From: Polyangiales bacterium
Lineage (GTDB): Bacteria > Myxococcota_A > Polyangia > Polyangiales > Polyangiaceae
Assembly: GCA_038230375.1 (NCBI GenBank)
Contig: JBBRNJ010000009.1
Span: forward strand, 1 to 64,000
Direction of reading: 5' to 3'
Length of the DNA stretch: 64,000 nucleotides
Part shown: positions 47,158 to 56,436 of the stretch, piece after piece
Layout: every line of letters begins with the position of its first letter
How positions within the stretch are numbered: the first letter of the stretch is position 1
Made by a program: the position numbers and the translations under genes
Notes under the pieces: model-generated
The model's database searches: none
What the model was told of the DNA's origin: nothing
What the model saw: only the letters and a program-made list of their open reading frames with translations

Positions 47158-49074
47158 ATGGCCTCTCGCTGGCGGCGGCTGCGCAACGCGCTCTTCGGCA
47201 CGCGGCCGTGGATGATCCTCTGGTTCGTCGCGCCCACGTTGCTCGCCATCGTGATGGACTTCGCGATCCGGGGTGGCGCTCTCGTCGTGTATCCGCCGCT
47301 CGAGATCCTGAACTACACGGGGTCATCGTTCGCTGCTGCTGGGTTCTGGGGCGGGCCGCTGTGGCTCTCGTCGCGCCTGTTCTACGCGCGCGGTCGGGTG
47401 TGGAAGCCTCTGGCGCGCGGGCTCCTGGTCGTGTTCGTGGCAACGTTCGTGCTGCCGCTCACGATCTTCTGCTTCCCGGGGCAGGCCGTCTATCACCGCG
47501 TCTTCGCCTCCTACATGGCGCGTGACACGGTTCGCCTGGGCATCGCGCTGCGCGGCACGCTCGGGGACTGGCTGTTTGCGTGGGGCTCGCCGCTCGTGGT
47601 CGTGGCCATGGCGGCGATCGGCGTTCTGGTCACGTGGGTGCTCATGCGCGGCGTCCGTCGTGCGGGCCGCTACACCAGGCGAACACTGCCGATCATCCCC
47701 GTTCTGGGCTTCATCGGCTCTGCGGCCTGCTTCTGGATCGACTTCGTGGAGAGCCGCTCGCTACAGGCTGCGCCGCCGGACACGTGCTTCATCCACGGCG
47801 TCATGCACGCGCTCCATGACGGCGTGACGGGCAAGGGGTGGGTGCGGCGCGGCATCTCGCTACGCACACCGGCGCCGCTACCGCAGCTCACGCCAAAGGC
47901 ACATCGACCGAACGTGCTGCTCATCGTGACGGAGAGCGTGCGCGCGGATACCTCGTGCTCGGAGCCACCGCCGGCGTGTGCTTCGCAGTTCCTGGATCCC
48001 GTTGCGGGCGACCGCATCCCGCTTGGAAGGCTCACCACGCAATCGCCCGGCACGTTCAGCGCGTGCATGTTGCTCTGGACCGGCCTTCCGCCCACCGTGG
48101 ACTATCGCACCGCGCACTCCGCGCCCGTGCTGTGGGAGGTGGCCAAGGCAGAGGGCTACCGGACATCGTACGTGACGTCACAGAACCTGCGCTACGACGA
48201 CTTCGGCGCATTCATGAAGAACGCCGGCATCGACGAGCTGATCTCCGCGATGGGCCTGGGCGACACCAAGGACGCGCAGATCGGCGCGCCGGACGAGCGC
48301 GCGACCGCGAGGATGCTGGACGTGGTGAGGCGCACGCCCACGGACACGCCGTACTTTGGTGTGCTGCATTTCTCGAACACGCATGCGCCGTACAAAGCCG
48401 CGGACGATCTGCAGCCGTTCTCTCCGCACAGCACGGACGCGCTCGGCTCTGTGGACGCGTTCCACAACCAGTATCGCAACAGCGTGCTGCTGCAGGAGCG
48501 CACGCTCGCCGCGTTCCTCGCGGAGCTGCGGGCGATGCCGCGCTGGGACGACACGGTGGTGCTGTTCGTATCGGACCACGGCGAGCAGTTCCGCGAGCAC
48601 GGCGGGCTGTACCATATCCACACGCTCTACGAGGAGGAGGTGCGGATCCCCGGCTGGGCGCTTGCGGGCAAGGACGCGCTCACGCTCGACCAGCGTCGCG
48701 GGCTCGGCACGTACATGCAACGGCGGACCTACTCGCAGGATGTCAACGCGACGCTCCTGGATCTCCTGGGAGCCTTCGATGCGCGCGCGCAGTTCCCGTA
48801 TGCGGCGGAGCTGACGGGACGCTCACTCGTGCGGCCGGCCACGTACACGGAGCCCACCGTGTCCATGGCAACGGCCACGGGCGTGTGGGAGCCGGACGTG
48901 TTCGTGTACGGCGTCATGCGCGGCGACCGGCTGCTCGTGGGCACGCCCGCGCAGACGTGGTTCTGCTTCGACATCCCCACGGACCCGCGAGAGATCGCGC
49001 CGCACGCAGCAAGCTACTGCGGTGACATGCGCGCCATCGCGAAGAAGGCATTTCCCGGCGTGGTCCCGGACTGA
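47158..49074 (+). CDS. membrane-anchored sulfatase/LTA-synthase-like transferase
   Basis: N-terminal TMs; PNVLLI..ESVRAD, THAPY, SDHGE. Confidence 0.85.
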   Translation: MASRWRRLRNALFGTRPWMILWFVAPTLLAIVMDFAIRGGALVVYPPLEILNYTGSSFAAAGFWGGPLWLSSRLFYARGRVWKPLARGLLVVFVATFVLPLTIFCFPGQAVYHRVFASYMARDTVRLGIALRGTLGDWLFAWGSPLVVVAMAAIGVLVTWVLMRGVRRAGRYTRRTLPIIPVLGFIGSAACFWIDFVESRSLQAAPPDTCFIHGVMHALHDGVTGKGWVRRGISLRTPAPLPQLTPKAHRPNVLLIVTESVRADTSCSEPPPACASQFLDPVAGDRIPLGRLTTQSPGTFSACMLLWTGLPPTVDYRTAHSAPVLWEVAKAEGYRTSYVTSQNLRYDDFGAFMKNAGIDELISAMGLGDTKDAQIGAPDERATARMLDVVRRTPTDTPYFGVLHFSNTHAPYKAADDLQPFSPHSTDALGSVDAFHNQYRNSVLLQERTLAAFLAELRAMPRWDDTVVLFVSDHGEQFREHGGLYHIHTLYEEEVRIPGWALAGKDALTLDQRRGLGTYMQRRTYSQDVNATLLDLLGAFDARAQFPYAAELTGRSLVRPATYTEPTVSMATATGVWEPDVFVYGVMRGDRLLVGTPAQTWFCFDIPTDPREIAPHAASYCGDMRAIAKKAFPGVVPD

Positions 49075-49092
49075 CCTCCGTCGCGCGAGCGC

Positions 49093-50409
49093 CTATTTCC
49101 CAAGCAGAATGACGTCGAGCGGCAGGTTGGAGCCACCCGCGCTCACGAGCGAGAACGAAGACGAACCTGCGCCGTAGGTGCCGAGCCAGATCGCGCTCGT
49201 GGTCACGCCGAGCGACGTCTGCGCACTGGGCATGAGGACCGCGGGCGTCATCGGGAGAACGCGCGCAACGCCACCCCACTCACCACCACGCGGCGAGAGC
49301 AGAGCGGAGAAGCCGGCAGGGACCGCAACAGAAACCGTGTAGAATACACCGTAATTTCCGCCGAGCGTCTTCGCCTTGCCTGTGGTCTTGTCGGTGCCGC
49401 TGAGGTCCGGCTCGGTGACGTTGCCGCCCAGGCGCAGGTGGCGCGCGCCCTGGGGAGGACCCGCAACGAGGAGCGCGAGGTCTGCGCCGGGGAAGGTGCC
49501 GCGATCGTGCGCGGCGTCATCGGGCAAGAGGGACAGGCCCGCGGTTGCGGCGACGGTGTCGGCCCCCGCGAGCACGCTGACCACGGAGATCTTCACGGCC
49601 GCGTCGGTCTCCACGTCGAAGATGGCGTGGACGAGCTCGTCCTTCTTGGCGTGGAGGCCGTCCAGGTTGGCGTCCAGCAGGACGCGAGCGCCTGCCGGGA
49701 CGGTGACCACGGTCGCAAGGTCGGAGTCCAGCCACGCGGCGGCAACGCTCTTGCCAACGCCCACGTAGTCCGTGGAGGGCGTGACGGTTCCCTTCTTCTT
49801 GATGGTCACGTGCGCGGCGGTCGCGTTCTGGTTCAGCACCACGACGGGGAACTTGCGCAGCGCGACGGAACCATTTGCATGATACACGTAAATTCTGTAG
49901 CGACCAACGCCCACGGTGTCCGCGTAGAGGACGCCGTCGCTCACGGGGGACTCCGGGTCGTCGGAGAAGAGCATCGTCGCCGCGTTCGGCGGGCTGCACA
50001 CGACGACGGGCGCGCACGGCACGTTGCCTTCGTCCATTCCCGCGAGGGAGACGACGTCGCCCGGCAACGCGGCCGCGTCTGCGAGCGAGGGGGGTGCGGC
50101 ACCAGCGTCCGCACCGCACGCGCGCCTGTCCGCGACCAGCGTGTATCCCGCCGGGCAGAGCACAGATGCGCCAGCGTCGCCGGCGTCGCCAGCGGTGGCA
50201 GCGTCTGCGCCCGGTGCTCCGTCCGCGGAAGCTCCGCCCTCCCCCACCAGCACACTGGATGGAACGTGGGACTCGTCGCCAGCGTCGACGCCAGCGGTGG
50301 CACCGCTGTCGCTACCGCATGCCCCCAGGAGGGCGCCAACGGCAGAGAGCGTGAAGACGGCGAAGAGCGCGAAGACCGTCCGCTGCGAGATGCGAGGACG
50401 AAAAGCCAT
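49093..50409 (-). CDS. lipoprotein, hypothetical
   Basis: LGA-C lipobox; FSDDPE..GVLY, YHAN, RGTF, GNYGV motifs. Confidence 0.75.
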   Translation of the reverse strand: MAFRPRISQRTVFALFAVFTLSAVGALLGACGSDSGATAGVDAGDESHVPSSVLVGEGGASADGAPGADAATAGDAGDAGASVLCPAGYTLVADRRACGADAGAAPPSLADAAALPGDVVSLAGMDEGNVPCAPVVVCSPPNAATMLFSDDPESPVSDGVLYADTVGVGRYRIYVYHANGSVALRKFPVVVLNQNATAAHVTIKKKGTVTPSTDYVGVGKSVAAAWLDSDLATVVTVPAGARVLLDANLDGLHAKKDELVHAIFDVETDAAVKISVVSVLAGADTVAATAGLSLLPDDAAHDRGTFPGADLALLVAGPPQGARHLRLGGNVTEPDLSGTDKTTGKAKTLGGNYGVFYTVSVAVPAGFSALLSPRGGEWGGVARVLPMTPAVLMPSAQTSLGVTTSAIWLGTYGAGSSSFSLVSAGGSNLPLDVILLGK

Positions 50410-50468
50410 ACCTTGCTCTCTACTCCTTCGTCCGTGCCGGCGACATTCGAACGTGACATGCTCGGCGT

Positions 50469-51098
50469 GTGAAGCTCGGAAAACGACGGATCGACGCCGC
50501 GCTGATCGCGGACGCGGCGCACTACGAGGAGCTCGTCTGCCAGCTCATCCTGAAGGCGCGGCTGTCCGTGTGGATCGCGACAGCGAACCTGAAGGACCTG
50601 CATGTGGAGGCGCCGATCGGGACGCGCGCGCGTGCACGCGGCGCCTTCGTGTCCATGTACGAGCGCCTGACGGAGCTCGCCGCCGCCGGGGTGGAGGTTC
50701 GCATCCTCCATGGTGGCGTCCCGTCGGGTCCGTTCCGTGCGCGGCTCGCCGCTGGGCGTGCACGAAGCGGCACCGCGAAGAAGGCAGCAGGCGTGGAGCT
50801 TCGGCGCTGCCCTCGTGTCCATCTGAAGGTCGTGGCCGTCGACGCCACACAGCTCTACCTGGGCAGCGCAAACTTCACCGGCGCGGGGCTGGGCGCCAAG
50901 GCGGACGGGCGACGCAACTTCGAGATGGGCCTGCTCACGGACGACGACGTGTTCATGGACGCTGCGCTGTCGCGCTTTGACGCGATCTGGCAGGGGAAAG
51001 AATGTGCATCCTGCAAGCTTCGGCGGGAGTGCCCGCGACCGCTGGACATGGGGCCGCCAGCGCCGAAACGCAAATCCACCCAGCTCGCGCGCGCGTAG
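50469..51098 (+). CDS. single-HKD phospholipase D/Nuc-like protein
   Basis: HLKVVAVD, GSANFT, NFE; C-terminal CASC...CP. Confidence 0.85.
   Translation: MKLGKRRIDAALIADAAHYEELVCQLILKARLSVWIATANLKDLHVEAPIGTRARARGAFVSMYERLTELAAAGVEVRILHGGVPSGPFRARLAAGRARSGTAKKAAGVELRRCPRVHLKVVAVDATQLYLGSANFTGAGLGAKADGRRNFEMGLLTDDDVFMDAALSRFDAIWQGKECASCKLRRECPRPLDMGPPAPKRKSTQLARA
51072..51098 (+). promoter_or_regulatory. ECF-type promoter A (ATCC-N16-CGTA)
   Basis: AAATCCACC-CAGCTCGCGCGCG-CGTAG, 13 nt before ATG 51112. Confidence 0.55.
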
Positions 51099-51111
51099 AG
51101 TTCCCTTGGAG

Positions 51112-52311
51112 ATGCGTCGCGCCCTCACGATTGCCGCTGTGCCTCTCGCGCTCGTGGCGTTCTTCGCGATGATCTCGCGGTACGCCGCCGCGGACGAGGA
51201 GCTGCCGTTCGTGCCGCAGTCCAGTGACGTCGTCGTCGAGCGTTTGCCCACGGGCGCGAGCGATCCCGAATCGCGCACGGCGGAGGAGCGCCGACGACGC
51301 CTTGCTGCGAACCCAACGGACCTGCGGCTTGCCGTGCGGGTTGCTCGCCGCGACATCGAGCAGTCGCGTTCACGCAGTGACCCGCGCTACCTCGGCCACG
51401 CAGAGGCCGCGCTCGCGCCCTGGTACAAGCTACCTGCTCCTCCGTACGAGGTGCTGCTGCTCCGCGCGACCATTCGCCAGAGCAATCACGACTTCGACGG
51501 CGCGCTCGCGGATCTGACTGCGGCGCGGGCGCTGCGTCCCGACGACCCCCAGCTCCACCTCACGCTCGCCGTGATCCTGACGGTGCGCGCGGAGTACCCC
51601 GCGGCGCGTGAGGCGTGCGCGCGCGTGCGTGAGCTCTCTCAGCCGTATCCGGCAGAGGTGTGCGAGACGGCGGTGATGGCCGTGACGGGCGAGGCAGGCC
51701 CTGCATACGAGCGGCTCGAACGTGCCACCGCGGCGCTCGATCCATCGCAGCGCGACCTGCGTGGGTGGGGCCTCTCCACGCTCGGAGAGATCGCGCTGCG
51801 CAAGGGAGACGACGCGGCCGCGGAGGCGCGCTTCAAGGAGGCGCTCGCGCTGGACCCCAATGATGCGTACGTGCTGGGCGCGTACGCGGACCTGCTCCTT
51901 GACCTCCAGCGCCCCGCCGAGGTTCTGCCGCTGGTGTCCGCGCGCGCGGAGAACGACGGTCTCCTGCTCCGCGCCGTCCTTGCCGAGCGCAGGCTCCCCT
52001 CCGCGAAGAAGGACTTCGAGCGCGACGCGGCGCTGCTCCGTACGCGCTACGACGCAAGCCGAGCGCGCGGTGACGTGGTGCACCGCCGCGAGCAGGCGCG
52101 CTTCTCCTTGTTTGCGGACGACGACGCCCAGCGAGCGCTCCGCCTTGCACGCGAGAACTACGACGTGCAACGCGAGGTGGCAGACGCCCGCATCCTGCTC
52201 GAGGCCGCGAACGCCACTGGAGAGCCCGATGCCAGCGAGAAGGCGCGCGCGTGGGTGCGGGACTCGAAGATCGAAGAGCCGCGGCTCCGCGCGCTTGCAG
52301 GGGTGCCATGA
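51112..52311 (+). CDS. exported TPR protein
   Basis: GGAG RBS; signal/TM; DPRYLG.A..AL; TPR helices. Confidence 0.85.
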   Translation: MRRALTIAAVPLALVAFFAMISRYAAADEELPFVPQSSDVVVERLPTGASDPESRTAEERRRRLAANPTDLRLAVRVARRDIEQSRSRSDPRYLGHAEAALAPWYKLPAPPYEVLLLRATIRQSNHDFDGALADLTAARALRPDDPQLHLTLAVILTVRAEYPAAREACARVRELSQPYPAEVCETAVMAVTGEAGPAYERLERATAALDPSQRDLRGWGLSTLGEIALRKGDDAAAEARFKEALALDPNDAYVLGAYADLLLDLQRPAEVLPLVSARAENDGLLLRAVLAERRLPSAKKDFERDAALLRTRYDASRARGDVVHRREQARFSLFADDDAQRALRLARENYDVQREVADARILLEAANATGEPDASEKARAWVRDSKIEEPRLRALAGVP

Positions 52312-53465
52312 CGCGCGCGAGGACACTGCTCGCGCTGCTGGCGGGGCTCGCGGTCTTCCTTTTCGCCAGCGTAGCCCACGCGCACAAGCCGAGCGACGCA
52401 TACGTTCGCCTCGCGGTGGACGGCGCGAAGATCACCGGAAGGATCGACCTTGCCGTTCGTGACCTGGACTACGCGTTGGGGGTGGACGGCGATCACGACG
52501 GCAACGTGACGTGGGGCGAGCTCCAGAGCCGCAAGGACGCTCTCACTGCCTACGTGACGGAGCGCGTCACCATCGCCGCGGACGGAAAACCGTGCACTTT
52601 GCATGTAAATGCCCTGAGCGTCGTCCACCACTCCGACGGCGCCTACGCGGTCCTCGATCTGGACGCCTCTTGCGACGCTGCAGTGCACACGCTCGACCTC
52701 GACTACGCGCTGTTCTTCGACGTGGACCCTCAGCATCGCGGCCTGGTTCGCGTGGGCACAGGCGCGGCCTCGCAGTCCCTCGCGTTCTCCGACGGCGAGC
52801 GCCATCTGCGCGTGGTGCCGGGCGCAGAGACCGCGTGGCGTCCATTCGCTGCGATGGTGAAGCAGGGCGTCTCGCACATCGGCCAGGGCTACGACCACCT
52901 GCTCTTCCTCATTGCGTTGCTCTTGACCGCGGTGCTGGTCCGCAAGGACGACGGCGCGCTCTCACCCGTGGCCACGTTTCGCACGGCGCTCTGGGACGTG
53001 GCGCGCATCGTCACTGCGTTCACGGTCGCGCATTCGATCACGCTGAGCCTGGCATCCACGCGCATCGTCTCGCTTCCGTCGCGCTTCGTGGAATCCGCCA
53101 TCGCGCTCAGCGTGATCGTCGCCGCCGCGAACAACCTGCGCAGGTTCCTTGGCAAGGATCGGTGGGTCGCGGCATTCGCGCTCGGCCTGCTCCACGGCTT
53201 CGGCTTCTCGTCCACGCTGCTCGACCTGGGGCTGCCGAAGGACGGGCTCATCGTGTCCCTCCTGGGCTTCAACGTTGGTGTGGAGCTCGGGCAGCTCGGC
53301 GTGGTGGCAGTGTTCCTGCCCGTGGCGTTCGCGCTGCGGAGGACCACGCTCTATCAACGCTGGCTCCTGAAAGGCGGCTCCATCGTGATCGCGCTCGTCG
53401 CTGCGGTGTGGCTGGTGGAGCGCGCGTTTGCGATCACGCTCTTTCGCCGCATGCTGGGCGGGTGA
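52308..53465 (+). CDS. HupE/UreJ family membrane protein with periplasmic N-domain
   Basis: AHA-HK start; HI..GYDHLLF, TAFTVAHSITL, GLLHGFGF, GFNVGVELGQ; ATGA overlap. Confidence 0.92.
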   Translation: MTRARTLLALLAGLAVFLFASVAHAHKPSDAYVRLAVDGAKITGRIDLAVRDLDYALGVDGDHDGNVTWGELQSRKDALTAYVTERVTIAADGKPCTLHVNALSVVHHSDGAYAVLDLDASCDAAVHTLDLDYALFFDVDPQHRGLVRVGTGAASQSLAFSDGERHLRVVPGAETAWRPFAAMVKQGVSHIGQGYDHLLFLIALLLTAVLVRKDDGALSPVATFRTALWDVARIVTAFTVAHSITLSLASTRIVSLPSRFVESAIALSVIVAAANNLRRFLGKDRWVAAFALGLLHGFGFSSTLLDLGLPKDGLIVSLLGFNVGVELGQLGVVAVFLPVAFALRRTTLYQRWLLKGGSIVIALVAAVWLVERAFAITLFRRMLGG

Positions 53466-53483
53466 CGCGCCAGAGCGGCCCGA

Positions 53484-54068
53484 TCAGAGCGCCAGGAACG
53501 CTTCCTTGATCTTCTTCGCGTCCGCGACGGAAGCATCCGTCTCCGCGGTCTGGTGGACGGAGAGCGTGGTGGCCCTGCGCTGCAGCACCTCGCGGTGCTT
53601 GAGATACTTGTTCGTGACGGACGCCATCTCGATGCCCTTCACGGCGGCCGGTGCATCGAGGTACTCGCATGCGACGACGTGAATGTCCGTCTTCGTGACG
53701 CCCTTGAAGCAATAGCGAGCACCGATGGTGAAGCCCGCCACCTGCTTCCTGTCTTCCAGCGGGAGGTTGAGCTTGGTGGTGATGGTGTCGAAGACCTTCT
53801 CGACTGTGGGGTCGGCCTTGGGCCGGTTGTCCTTCTCCGATGCGAGCTTCGCGAAGAGGCCGTTCAGGTCGTTCGGGTCACCCGTGTAAGCTCCCTGCGC
53901 AGACAGTGCGGCCGACGGCACGGGCTGCGCACTCGCGGAAGGCGCTGGAACCGTTACCTTTGCGCTCGTGCTCGTGCTCGCGCTCTCCTCTGGCTTGTCC
54001 TTGCACGCCACGAAGATGAGTGTCGCAAACGCGATGGTGGAGAGCTTGTGGGACATCAAGACCTTCAT
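53484..54068 (-). CDS. lipoprotein, hypothetical
   Basis: FVA-C lipobox; Ser/Ala/Pro linker. Confidence 0.75.
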   Translation of the reverse strand: MKVLMSHKLSTIAFATLIFVACKDKPEESASTSTSAKVTVPAPSASAQPVPSAALSAQGAYTGDPNDLNGLFAKLASEKDNRPKADPTVEKVFDTITTKLNLPLEDRKQVAGFTIGARYCFKGVTKTDIHVVACEYLDAPAAVKGIEMASVTNKYLKHREVLQRRATTLSVHQTAETDASVADAKKIKEAFLAL

Positions 54069-54143
54069 GGGTGAGGCTAAACGCGTCAGCCTTCTGCGCG
54101 GACTTCCAAAAGGAAGCGCAGGCATAACAATTTCGTCTCCTGG

Positions 54144-54170
54144 CGATCCACCAGGGTGCAAGCAACGTAG
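54144..54170 (+). promoter_or_regulatory. ECF-type promoter B (ATCC-N16-CGTA)
   Basis: CGATCCACC-AGGGTGCAAGCAA-CGTAG in intergenic DNA. Confidence 0.65.
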
Positions 54171-54228
54171 GATGGTACCCCGGGTCTATTCCAGACGCGG
54201 GCATATCGATCCCTAGGAGGAGAGAGAC

Positions 54229-55854
54229 ATGAGAAGACGGCTTGTATTGGCAGCGGCGTTCGCTGCTGGCGCGTGCGTGTTGGGGACGGGGGCAGAGGCG
54301 CAGGCATCGAGCCACCGCGAGGCTCCGTTCGTCACCGAGAACCCGAAGGTCGACAGCACTGACTTCTACATGTTCAGGAGCTACGAGTCCGGCCGCTCGG
54401 ACTACGTGACCATCATCGCCAACTACCTTCCGCTGCAGGATGCGTACGGCGGCCCGAACTACTTCACGCTGGATCCGCAGGCACGCTACGACATCAACAT
54501 CGACAACAACGCGGACGGCGTTCCGGACCTGAGCTTCCAGTTCCAGTTCCAGAACACGCTCGTCGCTGCGGCGAACACGTTGCCGATCACGCTCGAGGGC
54601 GTCACCAAGAACAACTCGGTGTCGCTGATCAACCTCGGAGGTATCTCGGCGGTCGACAACTCCAAGCTCGGCGTCGTCGAGACCTACAACCTGAACGTTG
54701 TCCGTGGAGCTGCTGCGCCTGTCGCCGTCGGCGGCACGTTCAACAAGCCGGTCGACAACATCGGCACGACCAGCATCGCGAACTACGCGGCGTACTCCGC
54801 CGCGAACATCCACACGACCACGCTTCCGGGTTGCGCTGGCGGCTTGCCTGCTGGCCAGATCAAGGTCTTCGTGGGTCAGCGTGCCGAAGGCTTCGCCGCG
54901 AACATCGGCGTCGTGTTCGACCTCATCCAGGGCGGCGGCATCGCCGGCGTCATCACGAACGGCTCGACCGAAGCCGGTCGTGGTCGCCAGGCGAACGCGG
55001 ACGACACGGGCCTTCTTTACGGAAAGAACGTCACGTCGATCGCGCTCGAGATCCCGCGCACGTGCCTCACGTCCGCCACCAGCACCATCATCGGCGGCTG
55101 GACCACGGCGAACCTGCACCAGGCGCGCGTGCTGAACCCGAACGCCAGCTACACCGTTCCTGCGAAGGAAGGCGGCGCGTTCACCCAGGTCTCGCGCCTC
55201 GGCATGCCCCTCGTCAACGAGGTCGTCGTCGGTATCAAGGACAAGGACCTCTACGGCTCGCTCGCCGTGAAGGACACCGGCAAGATCGCCGACTACGTCA
55301 CCCACCCCACGCTGCCTGCGATCATCGAGATCCTGTACGGCGGCGCCGGTGCGATTGCTCCGAAGAAGATCCGCACGGATCTCGTCGCGACGTTCGCGCA
55401 GGGTCTCGTCGTCACGCCCACCGTCGGCGCGGCGATCCCCTTCACGCAGAACACCACCACGGGCGTGTTCGAATACCTGCGCCTCAACGTGGCGGACGGC
55501 TTCGGCGCACCGCCCAGCAAGGCGCTGCAGGTCGGCAACGTTGGCATCAACGGCCTCGGCGTGCTCGGCTGCTTCACGGCGGACCGTCATGTCGACATCA
55601 CTGCAGCCAACCTGGTCGCCAACGGCGGTCCCTGCGACCTCCAGGGCTTCCCCAACGGGCGCCGCCCCGGTGACGACGTCGTCGACATCACGCTGCGCGT
55701 CGCCATGGGTGCGCTCTTCGCCAACGACGTGGACGCTCCGGCACGCAACGTTCCGTTCACCGACGCCAACTTCAACGGCGCGGAGCAGTTCGACGACACG
55801 TTCCCATACCTGAAGAACCCGTTCCCGGGCAACGGCCCCTACGCGAAGAACTGA
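54229..55854 (+). CDS. DUF4331 family secreted protein
   Basis: ASSHREAP, D.TD.Y.F, QVSRLGMPLVNE, GFPNGRRPGDDVVDI, FPYL; AGGAGG RBS. Confidence 0.93.
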   Translation: MRRRLVLAAAFAAGACVLGTGAEAQASSHREAPFVTENPKVDSTDFYMFRSYESGRSDYVTIIANYLPLQDAYGGPNYFTLDPQARYDINIDNNADGVPDLSFQFQFQNTLVAAANTLPITLEGVTKNNSVSLINLGGISAVDNSKLGVVETYNLNVVRGAAAPVAVGGTFNKPVDNIGTTSIANYAAYSAANIHTTTLPGCAGGLPAGQIKVFVGQRAEGFAANIGVVFDLIQGGGIAGVITNGSTEAGRGRQANADDTGLLYGKNVTSIALEIPRTCLTSATSTIIGGWTTANLHQARVLNPNASYTVPAKEGGAFTQVSRLGMPLVNEVVVGIKDKDLYGSLAVKDTGKIADYVTHPTLPAIIEILYGGAGAIAPKKIRTDLVATFAQGLVVTPTVGAAIPFTQNTTTGVFEYLRLNVADGFGAPPSKALQVGNVGINGLGVLGCFTADRHVDITAANLVANGGPCDLQGFPNGRRPGDDVVDITLRVAMGALFANDVDAPARNVPFTDANFNGAEQFDDTFPYLKNPFPGNGPYAKN

Positions 55855-55867
55855 GCAGACCAAGACC

Positions 55868-56200
55868 ATGAGAAAATGGATCTGGACCCTGCTCACTAGC
55901 GGCACCATCGCCCTCGCGGCGATGGGCGTGGCGGCGTGCGGCGATGACAGCCCCAACGACACCCCGACCGATGGCGGCAAGGGCGATGGCAGCATCGTCC
56001 CCGGCGCTGACGGCTCGGTTCCTGGCAAGGACGGCGGCATGAACACGATGGACGGCGGAGGTGCGTGCAACTTCGCGACCTACGTCATCGGTCTGACCAA
56101 GCAGCCCGGCACGGCAACCCCTGATCCCACGCTGGGCTCAGGCTGCAAGGACACCGCGAGCACGACGACGCAGGCGGACTTCGCCTCGCTCTTCCCGTAG
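55868..56200 (+). CDS. small lipoprotein
   Basis: VAA-C lipobox, DGG repeats; 13 bp after DUF4331. Confidence 0.8.
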   Translation: MRKWIWTLLTSGTIALAAMGVAACGDDSPNDTPTDGGKGDGSIVPGADGSVPGKDGGMNTMDGGGACNFATYVIGLTKQPGTATPDPTLGSGCKDTASTTTQADFASLFP

Positions 56201-56220
56201 CCAGCGGCACCAGCGGCAAG

Positions 56221-56259
56221 CGCCCAGTCTCCCAGAAGGGGACTGGGCGTTTTGCTTTT
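56221..56259 (+). terminator. intrinsic terminator
   Basis: CGCCCAGTCTCC-CAGAA-GGGGACTGGGCG stem then TTTTGCTTTT. Confidence 0.85.
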
Positions 56260-56436
56260 GAGCGAACGGGAAGCAGCTTGGGATGACAAAGCCATGATTT
56301 CAATGGTGTAGATCGATCCGCTACAGACATTGTGAGCCCGTGTGGGTGGATGGCGGAGTTTTCCTTGCATCGCGTCTCAATCGCGCTACAGCACCGTTGT
56401 CGCGCCGGACGGCGCACCAACCAGGTGAGCAAGACC

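Noticed and set aside
53878..56070. 730 aa ORF antisense to DUF4331
   Set aside because: Shadow of biased codon usage; the sense gene has an RBS, promoter and family motifs
56315..56340. Third CGATCC as a member of the DUF4331 regulon
   Set aside because: No CGTA at 16 bp spacing
56354..56370. GG-N10-GC site CGGAGTTTTCCTTGCA
   Set aside because: Poor -24 element; could be chance
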